Notes: generated by a model from the letters alone, not told the origin. DNA of 64,000 nt from Macrostomum lignano (GCA_002269645.1 NIVC01000758.1:124001-188000), one strand, 5' to 3'. Counted from the stretch's first letter, positions 36,401 to 48,929 are shown. Numbers and translations: made by a program.

Positions 36401-39400
36401 CTATAGATAGCCGCATCCTACTATGAGTAGCAAAGCCAAGCAATAGCGCAGTCCAGCCAGCCCAATCGCTGCCCTCAGGCGGTGTCGGTGATCTACACCC
36501 TGGCCGACAGTCCGGACCAGCTGGCCGCCTCGCTGATCCGCCGCATGGCCCGCCTGCTGCTTGACTGCAGCCGCAGGAAATCTGTCACGACGGCGGCTGA
36601 GGCCGCGGAACCTGCGGATGCCATTCAAATGGACGACGCCGACGCCGAGGCCGCGGACGCTGCTGTCGAGATGTCGGACGATGGTCCAGAAGCGCCGCAA
36701 CCGTCGCTGACCCTGGCGTCCAGCATGCTGGCCAAGTTCGTGGCCCTGGTCGGTCACGTGGCCCTGAAGGTGCTGGTGCACCTGGAGGTGGCTGTGCTGG
36801 CCGAGCTGAAACGCCGGACGGCGCTAAAGGAGGCCAACAAAGGCGGGGAGACCGGCCGGGCGTCGGCTGTGAAGGCCTCGAAGCGGAAGGTTTGCACTGG
36901 GGGTTGGAAGCTGGGATTCGGAATTTGTGTTCCTGCTCACTTTTGAGTCACTCCTTTGAAACTCTCTTCACTCACTCCTGTTCACTCACTCTTCACTCAC
37001 TTCTGTGCACTCACTCTTCACTCACTCCTGTTCACTCACTCTTCACTCACTCCGGTTCACTCACTCTTCACTCACTCCGGTTTACTCACTCTTCACTCAC
37101 TCCTGTTCACTCACACTTCACTCATGTCCTGTTCACTCACTCTTCACTCACTCCGGTTTACTCACTCTTCACTCACTCCGGTTTACTCACTCTTCACTCA
37201 CTCCTGTTCACTCACACTTCACTCATGTCCTGTTCACTCACTCTTCACTCACTCCGGTTCACTCACTCTTCACTCACTCCGATTCACTCACTCTTCACTC
37301 ACTCCGATTCACTCACTCTTCACTCACTCCGGTTCACTCACTCTTCACTCACTCCGGTTCACTCACTCTTCACTCACTCCTGTTCACTCACTCTTCACTC
37401 ACTCCGATTCACTCACTCTTCACTCACTCCGATTCACTCACTCTTCACTCACTCCTGTTCACTCACTCTTCACTCACCCCGAGTCACTCACTCTTCCGTC
37501 ACTCCTATTCACTCACTCAGTCACTGCCACTCACTCAATGCCGCTTTCACTCCCACAGAGCGTCCAGCCGGCCTCAGCTGAGGACGAGCTCGGCCTGGAA
37601 GGTGCCTCGGCGGACGACCAGGAGGCTGAGCAGATCCGCCGCCTGCTCGACGACGTGCTGCTGTACGACGAGCGCCACCTGCTGAGCCACCTGGCCCCGC
37701 TGATTGTGCACGTGTGCGAGCAGCCGGCCAGCTTCCAGTCCGAGCAGCTGCAGGCCGCGGCCAGCCTGGCCCTGGCCAAGCTCATGCTGGTGTCCGGCAA
37801 GTTCTGCGAGCAGCACCTCGGCCTGCTGTTCACCCTGGCCGAGAAGAGCCAATCGGAGGTGATCCGCGCCAACCTCATCGTTGCCCTTGGCGACCTGGCC
37901 AAGCGGTTCCCCAACCTGGTGGAGCCCTGGACCGCCAGCCTCTACGGCCGCCTGCGGGACTCCAGCGCCAGGGTCCGGCTGAACGCGCTGAACACCCTGA
38001 GCCACCTCATCCTGAACGACATGATCAAGGTGAAAGGCCAGATCAGCGAGATGACCACCTGCATCTGCGACTCGCAGTCCCGCATTGCCCACCTGGCCAA
38101 GCTGTTCTTCTCCGAGCTGTCTAACAAGGGCAACGCGCTGTACAATGTGCTGCCGGATATCATTAACAGACTGAGCGATGCTGAGACCCATGAGGACCAC
38201 TTCAAGGTAACACGCGAAGCTCCGGAAATCAACTGCCGCACTAGTCATATTTAAAGCAACCCCATAACCTCCCTGAGGCAGCCCTTAATATCCTCTGAGG
38301 CAGCCCATAGTGTCCCCTCAGGCAGCCCATAGTGTCCCCTGAAGCAAGCCCATAGTCTCACTGAAGCCAGCTCATAGTCGCCCTGAAGCAAGCCCATAGT
38401 CTCACTGAAGCAAGCCCATAGTCTCACTGAAGCAAGCCCATAGTGTCCCCTGAAGCAAGCCCATAGTCTCACTGAAGCAAGCACATAGTGTCCCCTGAAG
38501 CAAGCCCATAGTCTCACTGAAGCAAGCCCATAGTCTCACTGAAGCAAGCCCATAGTCTCACTGAAGCAAGCCCATAGTCTCACTGAAGCAAGCCCAAAGT
38601 CTCACTGAAGCAAGCCCATAGTCTCACTGAAGCAAGCCCATAGTCTCACTGAAGCAAGCCCATAGTCTCACTGAAGCAAGCCCATAGTCTCACTGAAGCA
38701 AGCCCAAAGTCTCACTGAAGCAAGCCCATAGTCTCACTGAAGCAAGCCCATAGTCTCACTGAAGCAAGCACATAGTCTCACTGAAGCAAGCCCATAGTCG
38801 TCCTGAAGCAAGCCCATAGTCTCACTGAAGCAAGCCCATAGTCACCCCTGAAGCAAGCCCATAGTGGCCCTGAAGCAAGCCCATAGTGGCCCTGAAGCAA
38901 GCCCATAGTCACCCCTGAAGCAAGCCCATAGTGGCCCTGAAGCAAGCCCATAGTCACCCCTGAAGCAAGCCCATAGTCTCACTGAAGCAAGCCCATAGTC
39001 TCACTGAAGCAAGCCCAAAGTCTCACTGAAGCAAGCCGATAGTCGCCCTGAAGCAAGCCGATAGTCGCCCTGAAGCAAGCCCATAGTCGCCCTGAAGCAA
39101 GCCCATAGTCGCCCTGAAGCAAGCCGATAGTCGCCCTGAAGCAAGCCCATAGTCGCCCTGAAGCAAGCCCATAGTCGCCCTGAAGCAAGCCCATAGTCGC
39201 CCTGAAGCAAGCCCATAGTCGCCCTGAAGCAAGCCCATAGTCGCCCTGAAGCAAGCCGATAGTCGCCCTGAAGCAAGCCCATAGTCACCCCTGAAGCAAG
39301 CCCATAGTCTCACTGAAGCAAGCCCATAGTCTCACTGAAGCAAGCCCAAAGTCTCACTGAAGCAAGCCGATAGTCGCCCTGAAGCAAGCCGATAGTCGCC

Positions 39401-40553
39401 CTGAAGCAAGCCCATAGTCGCCCTGAAGCAAGCCCATAGTCGCCCTGAAGCAAGCCGATAGTCGCCCTGAAGCAAGCCCATAGTCGCCCTGAAGCAAGCC
39501 CATAGTCACCCCTGAAGCAAGCCCATAGTCTCACTGAAGCAAGCCCATAGTCTCACTGAAGCAAGCCCAAAGTCTCACTGAAGCAAGCCGATAGTCGCCC
39601 TGAAGCAAGCCGATAGTCGCCCTGAAGCAAGCCCATAGTCGCCCTGAAGCAAGCCCATAGTCGCCCTGAAGCAAGCCCATAGTCACCCCTGAAGCAAGCC
39701 CATAGTCACCCCTGAAGCAAGCCGATAGTCGCCCTGAAGCAAGCCGATAGTCGCCCTGAAGCAAGCCCATAGTCGCCCTGAAGCAAGCCCATAGTCGCCC
39801 TGAAGCAAGCCCATAGTCGCCCTGAAGCAAGCCCATAGTGGCCCTGAAGCAAGCCCATAGTCGCCCTGAAGCAAGCCCATAGTGGCCACAAAGCTCCATT
39901 GTAAATCGCCGTCAACCGTGGAACCCGCGCAGGAAATCTGCGACTTCCTGTTCCCCCTGATCCGGGGCGACCGCCACTGCGAGCAGCTGGTGGAGAAGCT
40001 GTGCATCCGCCTGCGCAGCGCCGAGCAGCCCCGGCAGTGGCGCGACTTCGCCTACTGCCTGAACCTGATGACCTACAGCGAGCGGATGCTGCGCAAGCTG
40101 CTGGAGCACATCTGCACTCTGGCTGACAAGCTGCACGAGACCGAGGTGTACAACTGCTTCAAGGCCATCGCCGCCAACGCCGGCCGGGCCGCGCCTCAGG
40201 GCCCCGCCGCCGCTGCCGCAGCCGCTGCCGCCGGCGGAGGCCCTGGTGACCTCGCCGGCTGCCTGGCTGAACTGAACGCCAAGATCGAGGAGTTTCACCT
40301 CAAGCAGGTGGACAACGAGGAGGCCATGGAGCGGGCCGAGAAAGCCGCCGAGAAGGCCGCCAAGAAGGCGCACCACCGGCGCAAGCGGTCCAGCGCGGCG
40401 GCCAGTGGCGCCAACGCGGCTGCTGCTGCTGCGGCCGCTCCGGCAGCTGATGGCGCCGGACCGTCGGGCGCCGCACGCGGCGGCAGCAAACGGCGAGCAG
40501 CGGCTGCCGCCAGGAGGAGAACAGCGGTTTTTAGTGACAGCGAGAGCGAGTGA
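27473..40553 (+). CDS. NCAPD2: Condensin complex subunit 1 (CAP-D2), ~1512 aa; exons 27473-27853, 28904-29395, 30042-30170, 31122-31526, 31852-32216, 32623-32735, 33515-33613, 34052-34548, 35328-35705, 36479-36889, 37559-38206, 39933-40553
   Basis: N-terminal EFFFPVAREDL..RNALKML, EEHVHDLNGFVRSRCLQIW, LVWSKEAAIKQAVVSAY, and the Cnd1 HEAT block IRANLIVALGDLAKRFPNLVEPWT..LILNDMIKVKGQ. All 11 introns are GT-AG and phase-consistent (total 4539 bp). Small exons 6 and 7 were inferred from phase and are less certain. Confidence 0.95.
27900..28850. repeat. NCAPD2 intron 1: ~44-bp array (27900-28080) plus 30-bp array GGAGCACTGAAGGCAGACTCAGGACACCCT (28170-28850)
   Basis: Tandem units visible directly. 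Confidence 0.95.
29430..30000. repeat. NCAPD2 intron 2: 25-bp array CCACTCTGAGAGAATCGCCCCCAAY
   Basis: Tandem units visible directly. Confidence 0.95.
30197..31050. repeat. NCAPD2 intron 3: ~30-bp array ATCCCACTCTTTGATGTCTGCCGCCATCCC
   Basis: Tandem units visible directly. Confidence 0.95.
31602..31765. repeat. NCAPD2 intron 4: 20-bp array TGATGCTTATGAGTCACTCC
   Basis: Tandem units visible directly. Confidence 0.95.
32945..33430. repeat. NCAPD2 intron 6: 30-bp array GTCATGCGTAGGTCACGGGACACTTTCTGG
   Basis: Tandem units visible directly. Confidence 0.9.
34558..35286. repeat. NCAPD2 intron 8: 12/24-bp array ACCGACAATTTTACTGACACATTC
   Basis: Tandem units visible directly; source of the spurious TDNFTDTF ORFs. 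Confidence 0.95.
35770..36375. repeat. NCAPD2 intron 9: ~31-bp array CAGTCCCTCAGCAGCCTGTGCTCTGCCCCTC
   Basis: Tandem units visible directly. Confidence 0.95.
36960..37540. repeat. NCAPD2 intron 10: TTCACTCACTC-based pyrimidine-rich array
   Basis: Tandem units visible directly. Confidence 0.95.
38300..39890. repeat. NCAPD2 intron 11: 22-bp array GAAGCAAGCCCATAGTC(TCA/GCC)CT with higher-order blocks
   Basis: About 70 units; the same series of variant units recurs near 38950, 39285 and 39505. Confidence 0.95.
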
Positions 40554-40572
40554 CAGCCTTGGACTGCTGTCT

Positions 40573-40968
<396 letters not shown>

Positions 40969-41602
40969 CCCGTTTGTGTATATTTATCTAGTTATTTACG
41001 AATTAGTACTAAAGTCTACTAGCTATAGCATGCAAGCTTCTTAACAAAATCACAGGTGCATTTCTATCGGCAGCCATAGGTAATTGTTAACTGATTATTC
41101 AAGGCATAAGTTCTGGCAACAAATCTGTACTCCTATTAGCTATATGCCAGTGTAAATACTGTGTACTGCAGGCTCTGTTGAGTTCGGACAGTCGTTTAAA
41201 ATTTTATCATTTTTTGGCATTTTGTCATTTAATTCTTCAGTCACAATTGGTTTATTTTATTAGCTAAAATGTCTCCCAGCAAGAATGTTATTTCCCCAGG
41301 TGTTGCTGCGCACCAATTCCTGCAAATTGGCATTTGCTTAGTATAAACATATTTTTTTACAATTATTTTTGCTGGCTAAAAAAACACGCATCAATAAAAA
41401 GTTTGGCAGGGGCTGCTGCTCAGTTTTGGGATGAATTTTTTAAAATGGAAGATCTGCTTTTTCGTCTGCTTTTGCTGTTGCTTTTTAATGGCGTCTTGTC
41501 GACATTGACCTTCAAGTGTTGCATTGATCGCATCGGTTGAGGCGGAAGTTTTGAGTTCTGTGCTCTCAAATGCCTCAATGGCAAGACTGCCTGTCGCCTT
41601 GT

Positions 41603-44600
41603 TCACTGGGAATGCGACTTTCGAGTCTGCTCCTCCTCCTCCTGCTGCTCCACGATCCAGCCCAGCATCCACTCTGCCTCATCACCGCTCTCAGCCGCGT
41701 AGTCCGCCACCGTCCGGCCATCAAAGTCCTTGAGGTTGTCGAACGCGGCCGCGCCCAGGCTGTCCTTGATGAGGCTCAGCGAGGCCGCGCCCAAATGCCG
41801 GGCAGCCAGGTGGGCCGGGGTTCGACCTCGCAAGTCCTTCGCCTTTAGGCAGTCGGGCCCGAGCTCGTTGATGCACCAGGCGAGGGCGGAGCCGCTGTTC
41901 TGTGCCGCCATGTGCGCCGCCGTCCAGTCGAAGTTGCCGCGCTCCTTGAACATCTTCGTGCCGATCTTGTCGACGATGAAGCTTAGCGATTCTTCGCCCT
42001 GCTTCCAGGCGGCGAGGTGCGCGGCGCTGTTTCCCTGGTTGTCCTTCTCCCTGAGGCGGTCGCTGCCGAGCTGCTCCACCAGCCACTTGAGTGCCTCGCA
42101 GCTGGCCTGGTTGAGAGCCGCCTTGTGCACCACGGAGCGGCCGCACTGGCCAAGCCAGGAGAAACACTCGGATCCCAGCTCGTTCTTCATCAGCTCCATG
42201 GAGTCGGCGCCCTGCTTCCAGGCGGCCAGGTGCACCGGGGTGTTCCCGAAGCTGTTCGGCTGCTTCAGGCAGTCCGGCCCGAGCTGCGCCACCAGCCACC
42301 TGAGGACGGAGTTCCCGCCGCGGTTCATGGCGGCCCAGTGCACCGCCGTGCGGTCCCACTGGTCCTGCTGGAGGAAGCAGTCGGGTCCCAAACTCCGCGT
42401 CATCAGCTCCATGGAGTCGGTGCCTTGCTTCCAGGCGGCCAGGTGCACCGGCGAGTTGCCAAACTTGTCGACAGCGGCGAGGCAGTCTCGGCCGCTCTGC
42501 CTGGCCAGCCACTTCAGCGCCAAGTTGTCCTTGGGATTCGTGGCCGCCGAGTGGACCACCGTCCGCTTCCAGCGGCCCCTGCGCCGGAAGCAGGCAAAGC
42601 TGCCGGCAGTTCCGAGTTCCCGCTGGGCCAGCCGCATGGCCTCGGTGCCCGGCTGGTGCCTCGCGGCCAAGTGCAGCACCGTGTCGCCGTAGCTGTCCTC
42701 GATCTCCAGGCAGGCCCGGCCGCATTCCTTGATCAGCCACTTCAGGGTAGAGTTGCCATTCTGCAGGTGTCGGTAGGCTAGATTAGCAATCCATTCTATT
42801 CCTGCACCCATGATAGGCTAGATTAGCAATCCATTCTATTCCTGCACCCATGATAGGCTAGATTAGCAATCCATTCTATTCCTGCATCCATGATAGGCTA
42901 GATTAGCAATCCATTCTATTCCTGCACCCATGATAGGCTAGATTAGCAATCCATTCTATTCCTGCACCCATGATAGGCTAGATTAGCAATCCATTCTATT
43001 CCTGCACCCATGATAGGCTAGATTAGCAATCCATTCTATTCCTGCACCCATGATAGGCTAGATTAGCAATCCATTCTATTCCTGCACCCATGATAGGCTA
43101 GATTAGCAATCCATTCTATTCCTGCACCCATGATAGGCTAGATTAGCAATACATTCTATTCCTGCATCCATGATAGGCTAGATTAGCAATCCATTCTATT
43201 CCTGCATCCATGATAGGCTGGATTAGCAATCCATTCTATTCCTGCACCCATGATAGGCTAGATTAGCAATCCATTCTATTCCTGCATCCATGATAGGCTA
43301 GATTAGCAATCCATTCTATTCCTGCATCCATGATAGGCTAGATTAGCAATCCTTTATGACTATCAGTATGCGCCACAAGCACTAATCAGAGGCCGTATCC
43401 ATGGCAACCCGCTCCCCGCAAGGCCCCAGCAGCTACCGGGTTGACGGCGGCGCAGTGCACGGCGGTCCGGCCGCAACGGCCCTGCTGCAGAAAGCAGGCG
43501 GTGCCTCCCAGAACATCTCTGAGCAGCTCCATTGAGTTGACGCCCTGGTGCCAGGCGGCCAGGTGCACCGCGGTGAAGCCAAACTCGTCAGTGTCGGCGA
43601 GGCAGCCGCTGCCGCAGTGCCGCACCAGCCACCGTAGCGCCGAGTTGCTCCGCCGGTTTTGCGCCGCGCTGTGCGCCGGGGTTCGCCTCGACCGGCCGGG
43701 CTGGCGGAAGGCGGCGGCGACGTCGAAGTCGACGTCATCGAGCTGGAGCCGGTCGCAGATGAGCTGCAGCCAGGCGTCGGTCTGGTACCGGGCGGCGCAG
43801 TGCAGCGGCGTGTCGCCACAGGCGTTCCTGCTGGCCAGACAGCCCGGCCCGACCTGGCGGAGCAGCGCCGAGAGCGCCTTGGCGCTGCGCGACCGGCAGG
43901 CCAGCTGGTGCGCCACCGACTGCGCCGGCGGCTCCGCGTCCGCGTCGAAGCCTTCGAGAGTTACCGTCGGGTTGCTGGATGCAAAGGAGATGGTGTGGGA
44001 TTGTCAGTGAGGGATAACCAGTGTGGGATAACCAGTGTGGGATAACCATTGTGGGATAACCAGTGTGGGATAACCATTGTGGGATAACCAGTGTGGGATA
44101 ACCATTGTGGGATAACCAGTGTGGAAGAACCAGTGTGGGATAACCATTGTGGGATAACCATTGTGGGATAACCAGTGTGGAATAACCAGTGTGGGATAAA
44201 AATTGTGGGATAACCAGTGTGGGCTAACCAGTGTGGAATAGCCAGCATGGGATAACCAGTGTTAGACTTTTATACCTAATGTTTTCGGATGTCAGATTTC
44301 GGGGGTGAGTTTCAGACTCATATTTCGATATTTTTAGAGTTCTTCCAAAAGCTTCATTAGCATTTTTCTTCTCGCGGTTAAAAGCAGAGCACCCTCTGAC
44401 GAAATTCGAAACTCGAAACTCGCCGCGTAGCTTTCTTGGAAAATAGCTTTGAAATGCAGGCTAAGAGGGGGGTGGCTGCCCTAACTCGAGGCAGAGGGAC
44501 TACTCAGACTCTGCCTCAGGGCGCCTCGCGTACTGCCCTACTTGTCAATAAGAGTGCACCGCCTTTCACGCAGGAGTGGCCACTAGAGCTGCATACAAAT

Positions 44601-45456
44601 GCTTAGTGTACACTGACTGCGCGTTGCAGTACCTGCTTTGTCGTACCTGGCCTTATAGCTAGTTTTACAATCGCTTCCTTGAGTTGCTTGCTGTATTTTA
44701 TGGCCCAATATGGTTGCCAGTGCGCAGCGTTGCATTTCGCGATTGAATGCAGACTTTTGCCATCCAGATGGATTTTAATCAAACAGGGGGAAACCGGTTG
44801 TCCAAATCGATTGGGCATGGTTTATTAGCCTCTAATAATAGAGAAAAGCTGAAAGTTAAAAGGCTAAAAGCTGATTAAACCTGAAAGTTGAAAAACTTAG
44901 TCTATGGCCGAAACCCATGCCATCAAGCCAGCAATTAAGTCATCGGAGGGCGAGTTCAATCACTAAGAGCAAAGCGTTTTTGCCACTGACTGATCTTGAT
45001 CACGTAAGGAGTTTTAGACATAGACAAAGTTTTTAATCGCCTCAGGGCTTGTGCAGGACTTTGGCACGAGCAAATGAGTGGCGATGAGTCGTTTATTAAA
45101 GACATCTGAGCTCCTGTCATGCAACCTGAACTGACAGCTGAGCTGGTGGAGTGCTGAGGACTCACCTCCTCCTCTAACACAACTGCGCATCCTCGTTCTC
45201 AACCCGTGTCGCCGAGTTTATGACAGCGCAGATTACATTGGCATGGGTTTCGACCATAAACTAAAGTTTTTGTCGACTTTTAAGCTTGAATTTCCTATCT
45301 ATGATCAAATTAAAGGCTCCTAACCTGAGCAGGAAATGCTATAATAAGTTTCAGCTGACGCCTGACTGCAGTCTCTCACCTTTCGAGCTGCCGGCACAGC
45401 TGCTGCAGCCTCTCGCTGTCTCCGTTCTGCAGGGCCTCTACAATTTTAGTCTCCAT
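41603..45456 (-). CDS. Ankyrin-repeat protein, ~590 aa; exons 45380-45456, 43437-43974, 41603-42760
   Basis: Repeated GxTPxHLAA / GRTAVHxAA ankyrin motifs. Junctions QLE-AG|GTGAG to CAG|C (phase 2) and VNP|GTAG to CAG|NGN (phase 0) join into one open frame starting METKIVEALQNGD. Confidence 0.88.
42775..43350. repeat. 40-bp near-perfect array TGATAGGCTAGATTAGCAATCCATTCTATTCCTGCACCCA in ankyrin-gene intron 2
   Basis: About 14 units, ending close to the acceptor. Confidence 0.97.
44005..44260. repeat. 14-bp array GGGATAACCA(G/T)TGT in ankyrin-gene intron 1
   Basis: Visible directly. Confidence 0.95.
44891..45271. mobile_element. Putative MITE with ~33-bp imperfect terminal inverted repeats
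   Basis: AAAAACTTAGTCTATGGCCGAAACCCATGCCA (44891-44922) is inverted relative to TGGCATGGGTTTCGACCATAAACTAAAGTTTTT (45239-45271). No TSD identified. Confidence 0.65.
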
Positions 45457-46469
45457 GGCAACAGTACTAGTCTTCCCTGGAGCAGTCCGGGGTCTGAGCT
45501 GAGCTGTCACCCTCCTCCGCTCCCTGCTCTTGCATTTATTGCTGCGCATCTGGTCTCGCCGACCCCTCATTTGCTCTGGTTGGTTCGTCTCTCTTACTTT
45601 AGTTTGGTCGGCTGAGTACTTGAGCAGATATTTTAGCTGTACAACTGAGCACCCCCTGGCCTGTTGCTGCGTAGTTTGTAGGCAGTGCAGCAATGCTGTA
45701 CAATGCAGAGTATGACTTGAAGTGTTCTTCAATTCGCACTAGCGAGATAGCAATATTTCAGTTTCTTAGCATTTGCGTACAAATTTTAGTATATTGGACT
45801 AGCAATCTTAGCCCCCCGTGGGAGACAACAATAAAGATAATTAAAAATTTTCCTTGACTTCCCACATGTAAAACGCATCGTATAGTTACTATCGTTAGCT
45901 TTTTAAGTGTAAGATGCCTAATGTCTGAGAAGCCTATGGCATCTCAGCACTACCCCTTGAGTTATTGTGACTCAGCAACCTCTCCTTGGTGGATCAGCTG
46001 GATAGAAACATTCCAGCTATCTAGCATATTATTGATATTACGCTCGCATCTCACCTTCTGGACATCCGTATTGCAAGAAAAGCAAGCGTGTGTCCATTCC
46101 CAACTTTATTACAAATGTAAGAAAAATTATTTTTACAGATTGGCAACGTGCAAAATATCAATAGTTATAGGCACATTTTTTGTCAACAGGATTTCAAGCG
46201 TTAAACTTAATCAAGAGTCCCTCTGCCACCTGCCTCACGAGTGAACTACTCACAAGTTTAAACTCAAACTAATTCTGTTTGGGATGCTGTTGGTCGGAAA
46301 TGAGCTCTTTATGAGCTCGTTAGTAACGTTAGTAAGAGGCTGAAAACTTGAGGAAGTTTTTCAGGAAAATACCATAAAAAATCATGTTCCAAATACGAGC
46401 TATAACACAATAGCTCGTATTGCAGACAGCTCAAAAACTTTTCGATATTTTGTTCAATGAGAAACCGTT

Positions 46470-46769
46470 TTAGCCACGAGCATAAAACTCTTCCTCGACG
46501 GTGCTCAGAGCCTGCGGCACCAGGGCGAACTTCAGCAAGTAGCAGAGCCGAGTCTGTCGGCTCAAGAGCACCGCCAGGCAGTTGCTAGCGGCGGTGTCGC
46601 ACTTCAGAATGCAGCTGATCACATCCAGACTGGCTTCCGTCCAGTAGGTGTTCTTCGAGTAGGAGCTGCTCACCACCAGCTGGGGCCGGCTGGGCGGCTG
46701 GCGGTACAATGAGCATTCGCTGCCGAATGAAGCGAATGAACTGCGTGACTCGGTTTTGCGGCAGCGCAT
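46470..46769 (-). CDS. Probable terminal exon of an unidentified gene
   Basis: 99 codons with host-like GC3-rich usage (CTG CTG AAG TTC GCC CTG GTG CCG), a TAG acceptor immediately upstream, and a TAA stop. No family recognised. Confidence 0.35.
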   Translation of the reverse strand: MRCRKTESRSSFASFGSECSLYRQPPSRPQLVVSSSYSKNTYWTEASLDVISCILKCDTAASNCLAVLLSRQTRLCYLLKFALVPQALSTVEEEFYARG

Positions 46770-47627
46770 CTACATGTAGTCCTCATAATTTTTGATTCCC
46801 GGTTGGATTACAGGACGTGGGTGTAGATTACAGGACATGTGTGTGAATTACAAGACGTGTGTGTTGATTACAGGACATGTGGATTACAAGACATGTGTGT
46901 GTGGATTACAAGACGTGGGTGTTGATCACAGGACATGGGTGTGCACTTGTCCCCGCATCTAACATGCCTCAGGGGCCATAAAGGAATGATAAAATTCACA
47001 GCCTTGCCAACACTGCGGGTAGTTTCCTGGACACAACGGGACTCGCTGACGCTTGGGGGGCTTCTGATGGCACACGCGCTGAGCTATTAGAATTGACCTG
47101 AGGTTTCAAATATCTATAGAGAGCAGGCACTGCAAGCAGTACTTTGGTAAAGCACTGAGTGAAAGATTTTATTAAGCAGGTTGTCAGATGGCGGTTTCTG
47201 TCATATACTCTTAGCATTCGGGATCGGGATTCTCTGTCTGTCTGCCTGTCTGTCTGTCTGCCTGTCTGTCTGTCTGTCTGTCTTTCTGTCTGTCTGTCTG
47301 TCACACTAAATGTCTCAAAATTACGTTAGAAAATTCAAGTATCAAATTCGGAAAGAGCAGCGCACTACATTGATACAATTAATTGATTTTCTTTAATTCT
47401 GCAGAAAATTGGCTGAAATAAAATCTTTTTTTGACTAATCGGCACTGAATTTAGCAATTTCTTTTGGATTTCGCTGGCAATCTGTAGAAAATAAGTGAGA
47501 GTAAAATTAAAATTAAATAATTATCTGAAATTCTTGAAAGCCGTCGCTCACAATGTATCCAAAATGAGCTATCTATATATCGTAGCAGGGTTCGTGAGTT
47601 ATTCCTGAAGGCGAGCAACTCTACAAA

Positions 47628-48929
47628 ATGGTCTGGCAATTTCTGCTCCTGCAGCTCCTCCTGCTGTCATGCGACGTCGGCAGCGCCAGCAGCGACGGCG
47701 CGCGCCTTGCGGCCTGTCGGAACTTCAACACCTGCCGCTACCCGCACGTGGTGGTGCTGGACGCGGGCAGCACCGGCACGAAAGCCGCCGTGTTCCAGTT
47801 TGACAGGGGAGCCGCCGGCGAGCCGAGCTCTGTGAAAATTCTCAGCGAGAAAAGAAGCCGCAAGACGAAGCCGGGAATCGATTCGTTCGAGTTCCCGTGG
47901 GATGTCTATTTAAAGGGGTACCTGAAAGAGCTGATCGAGTTTGCGAAAGCCTCAGGAGTCGTGGAACAACACCCTGATCGTGCTGGGCGCCACTTCAGGA
48001 GTTCGCGCTCTCAGCTTAGTCAAGCGGCGTAAGCCAATGCAAGCGGTTGGTCTTACGTTCAGGCTGAAGTCGCCGTTTGAAATGAGCAAATGCAGGAGAA
48101 AAAATGGTTACTGCTGTTCGAATGCCTTTGTGCTGAGGAGGGCTATTTTGCACTGCTGGCCCCCAACCTGCGCATCAGGCCGCCTTCGGCATCGTTGCCA
48201 TGGGTGGGGGATTAACTCAAATCGCGCTCAGTTCTCCCACAAAGGAGCTGGCAATGGAGAGCTGGCAGGAAGTCAACCGGTCCGCAGTGTTCGTCAGCAG
48301 CGAGCCGAACCTCGGCAAGTCCGCGGCCACTCTCGGCATTGCGGGCTACGATTTCACTGACCCGCAGCCGCAGGCGCTCCATGTGTCTCCTTGCCTGAAC
48401 CCGAGCTTCAGGGCAAATTTCAGCTTCCAGTCTCGAATAATTCTTGTCCAGGGCGACTCATCGGTGGTGAGTTCGAGGCCCTGGTACGAGTGCCAGGCCA
48501 GGGTTCGGCAGTTCCTCTCCAGCCGTGGCGGCAGCATCGCCCGGCCTGCCGACTACTGGGGCCAGCCGTACATTCGGAGCCGAACTTACGTGGCGAGTGG
48601 TGGCATCTGCTACACCGCGAACACGCTGAAGAGGCTCGGCTATCTCAGAAGTACATCAGAAAACGAGAACGAGGTGACGTTGGGCGAGCTGGAGGCTGCC
48701 GCGAGGAAGTCCTGCGTGAACCCGCCGCCCAGAGGCAAGTATTTGGCCTACTTGTGCATGGACAGCGCCTTCATTGTGACTCTGCTGACGGAGGGCTACG
48801 TGTTCTCGGATGAGCAGAAGCTGCCAATTCGTATAATGAAACAAGCATGGGGTGGCCGACCGGGGTGGCGGCGCGATGTTCGCTGCGAGGCTCGAGAATG
48901 CCGAATTTTTGGATGTCAGGTATAACTGA
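47628..48929 (+). pseudogene. Intronless GDA1/CD39-family NTPDase (apyrase) with a signal peptide and at least 4 frame breaks (pseudogene or assembly errors)
   Basis: Apyrase conserved regions in order: VVLDAGSTGT (ACR1), LGATSGVRAL (ACR2), EEGYFALLAPN (ACR3), IVAMGGGLTQI (ACR4), GW..GAM (ACR5). They lie in different frames. Confidence 0.8.

Noticed and set aside
44396-44420. CTGACGA..CGAAAC as a minimal hammerhead core
   Set aside because: Stem II cannot pair (A opposite C) and no stems I/III were found.
46392-46421. Perfect 12-bp hairpin as a Helitron 3' end or terminator
   Set aside because: No downstream CTRR terminus and no other supporting features.
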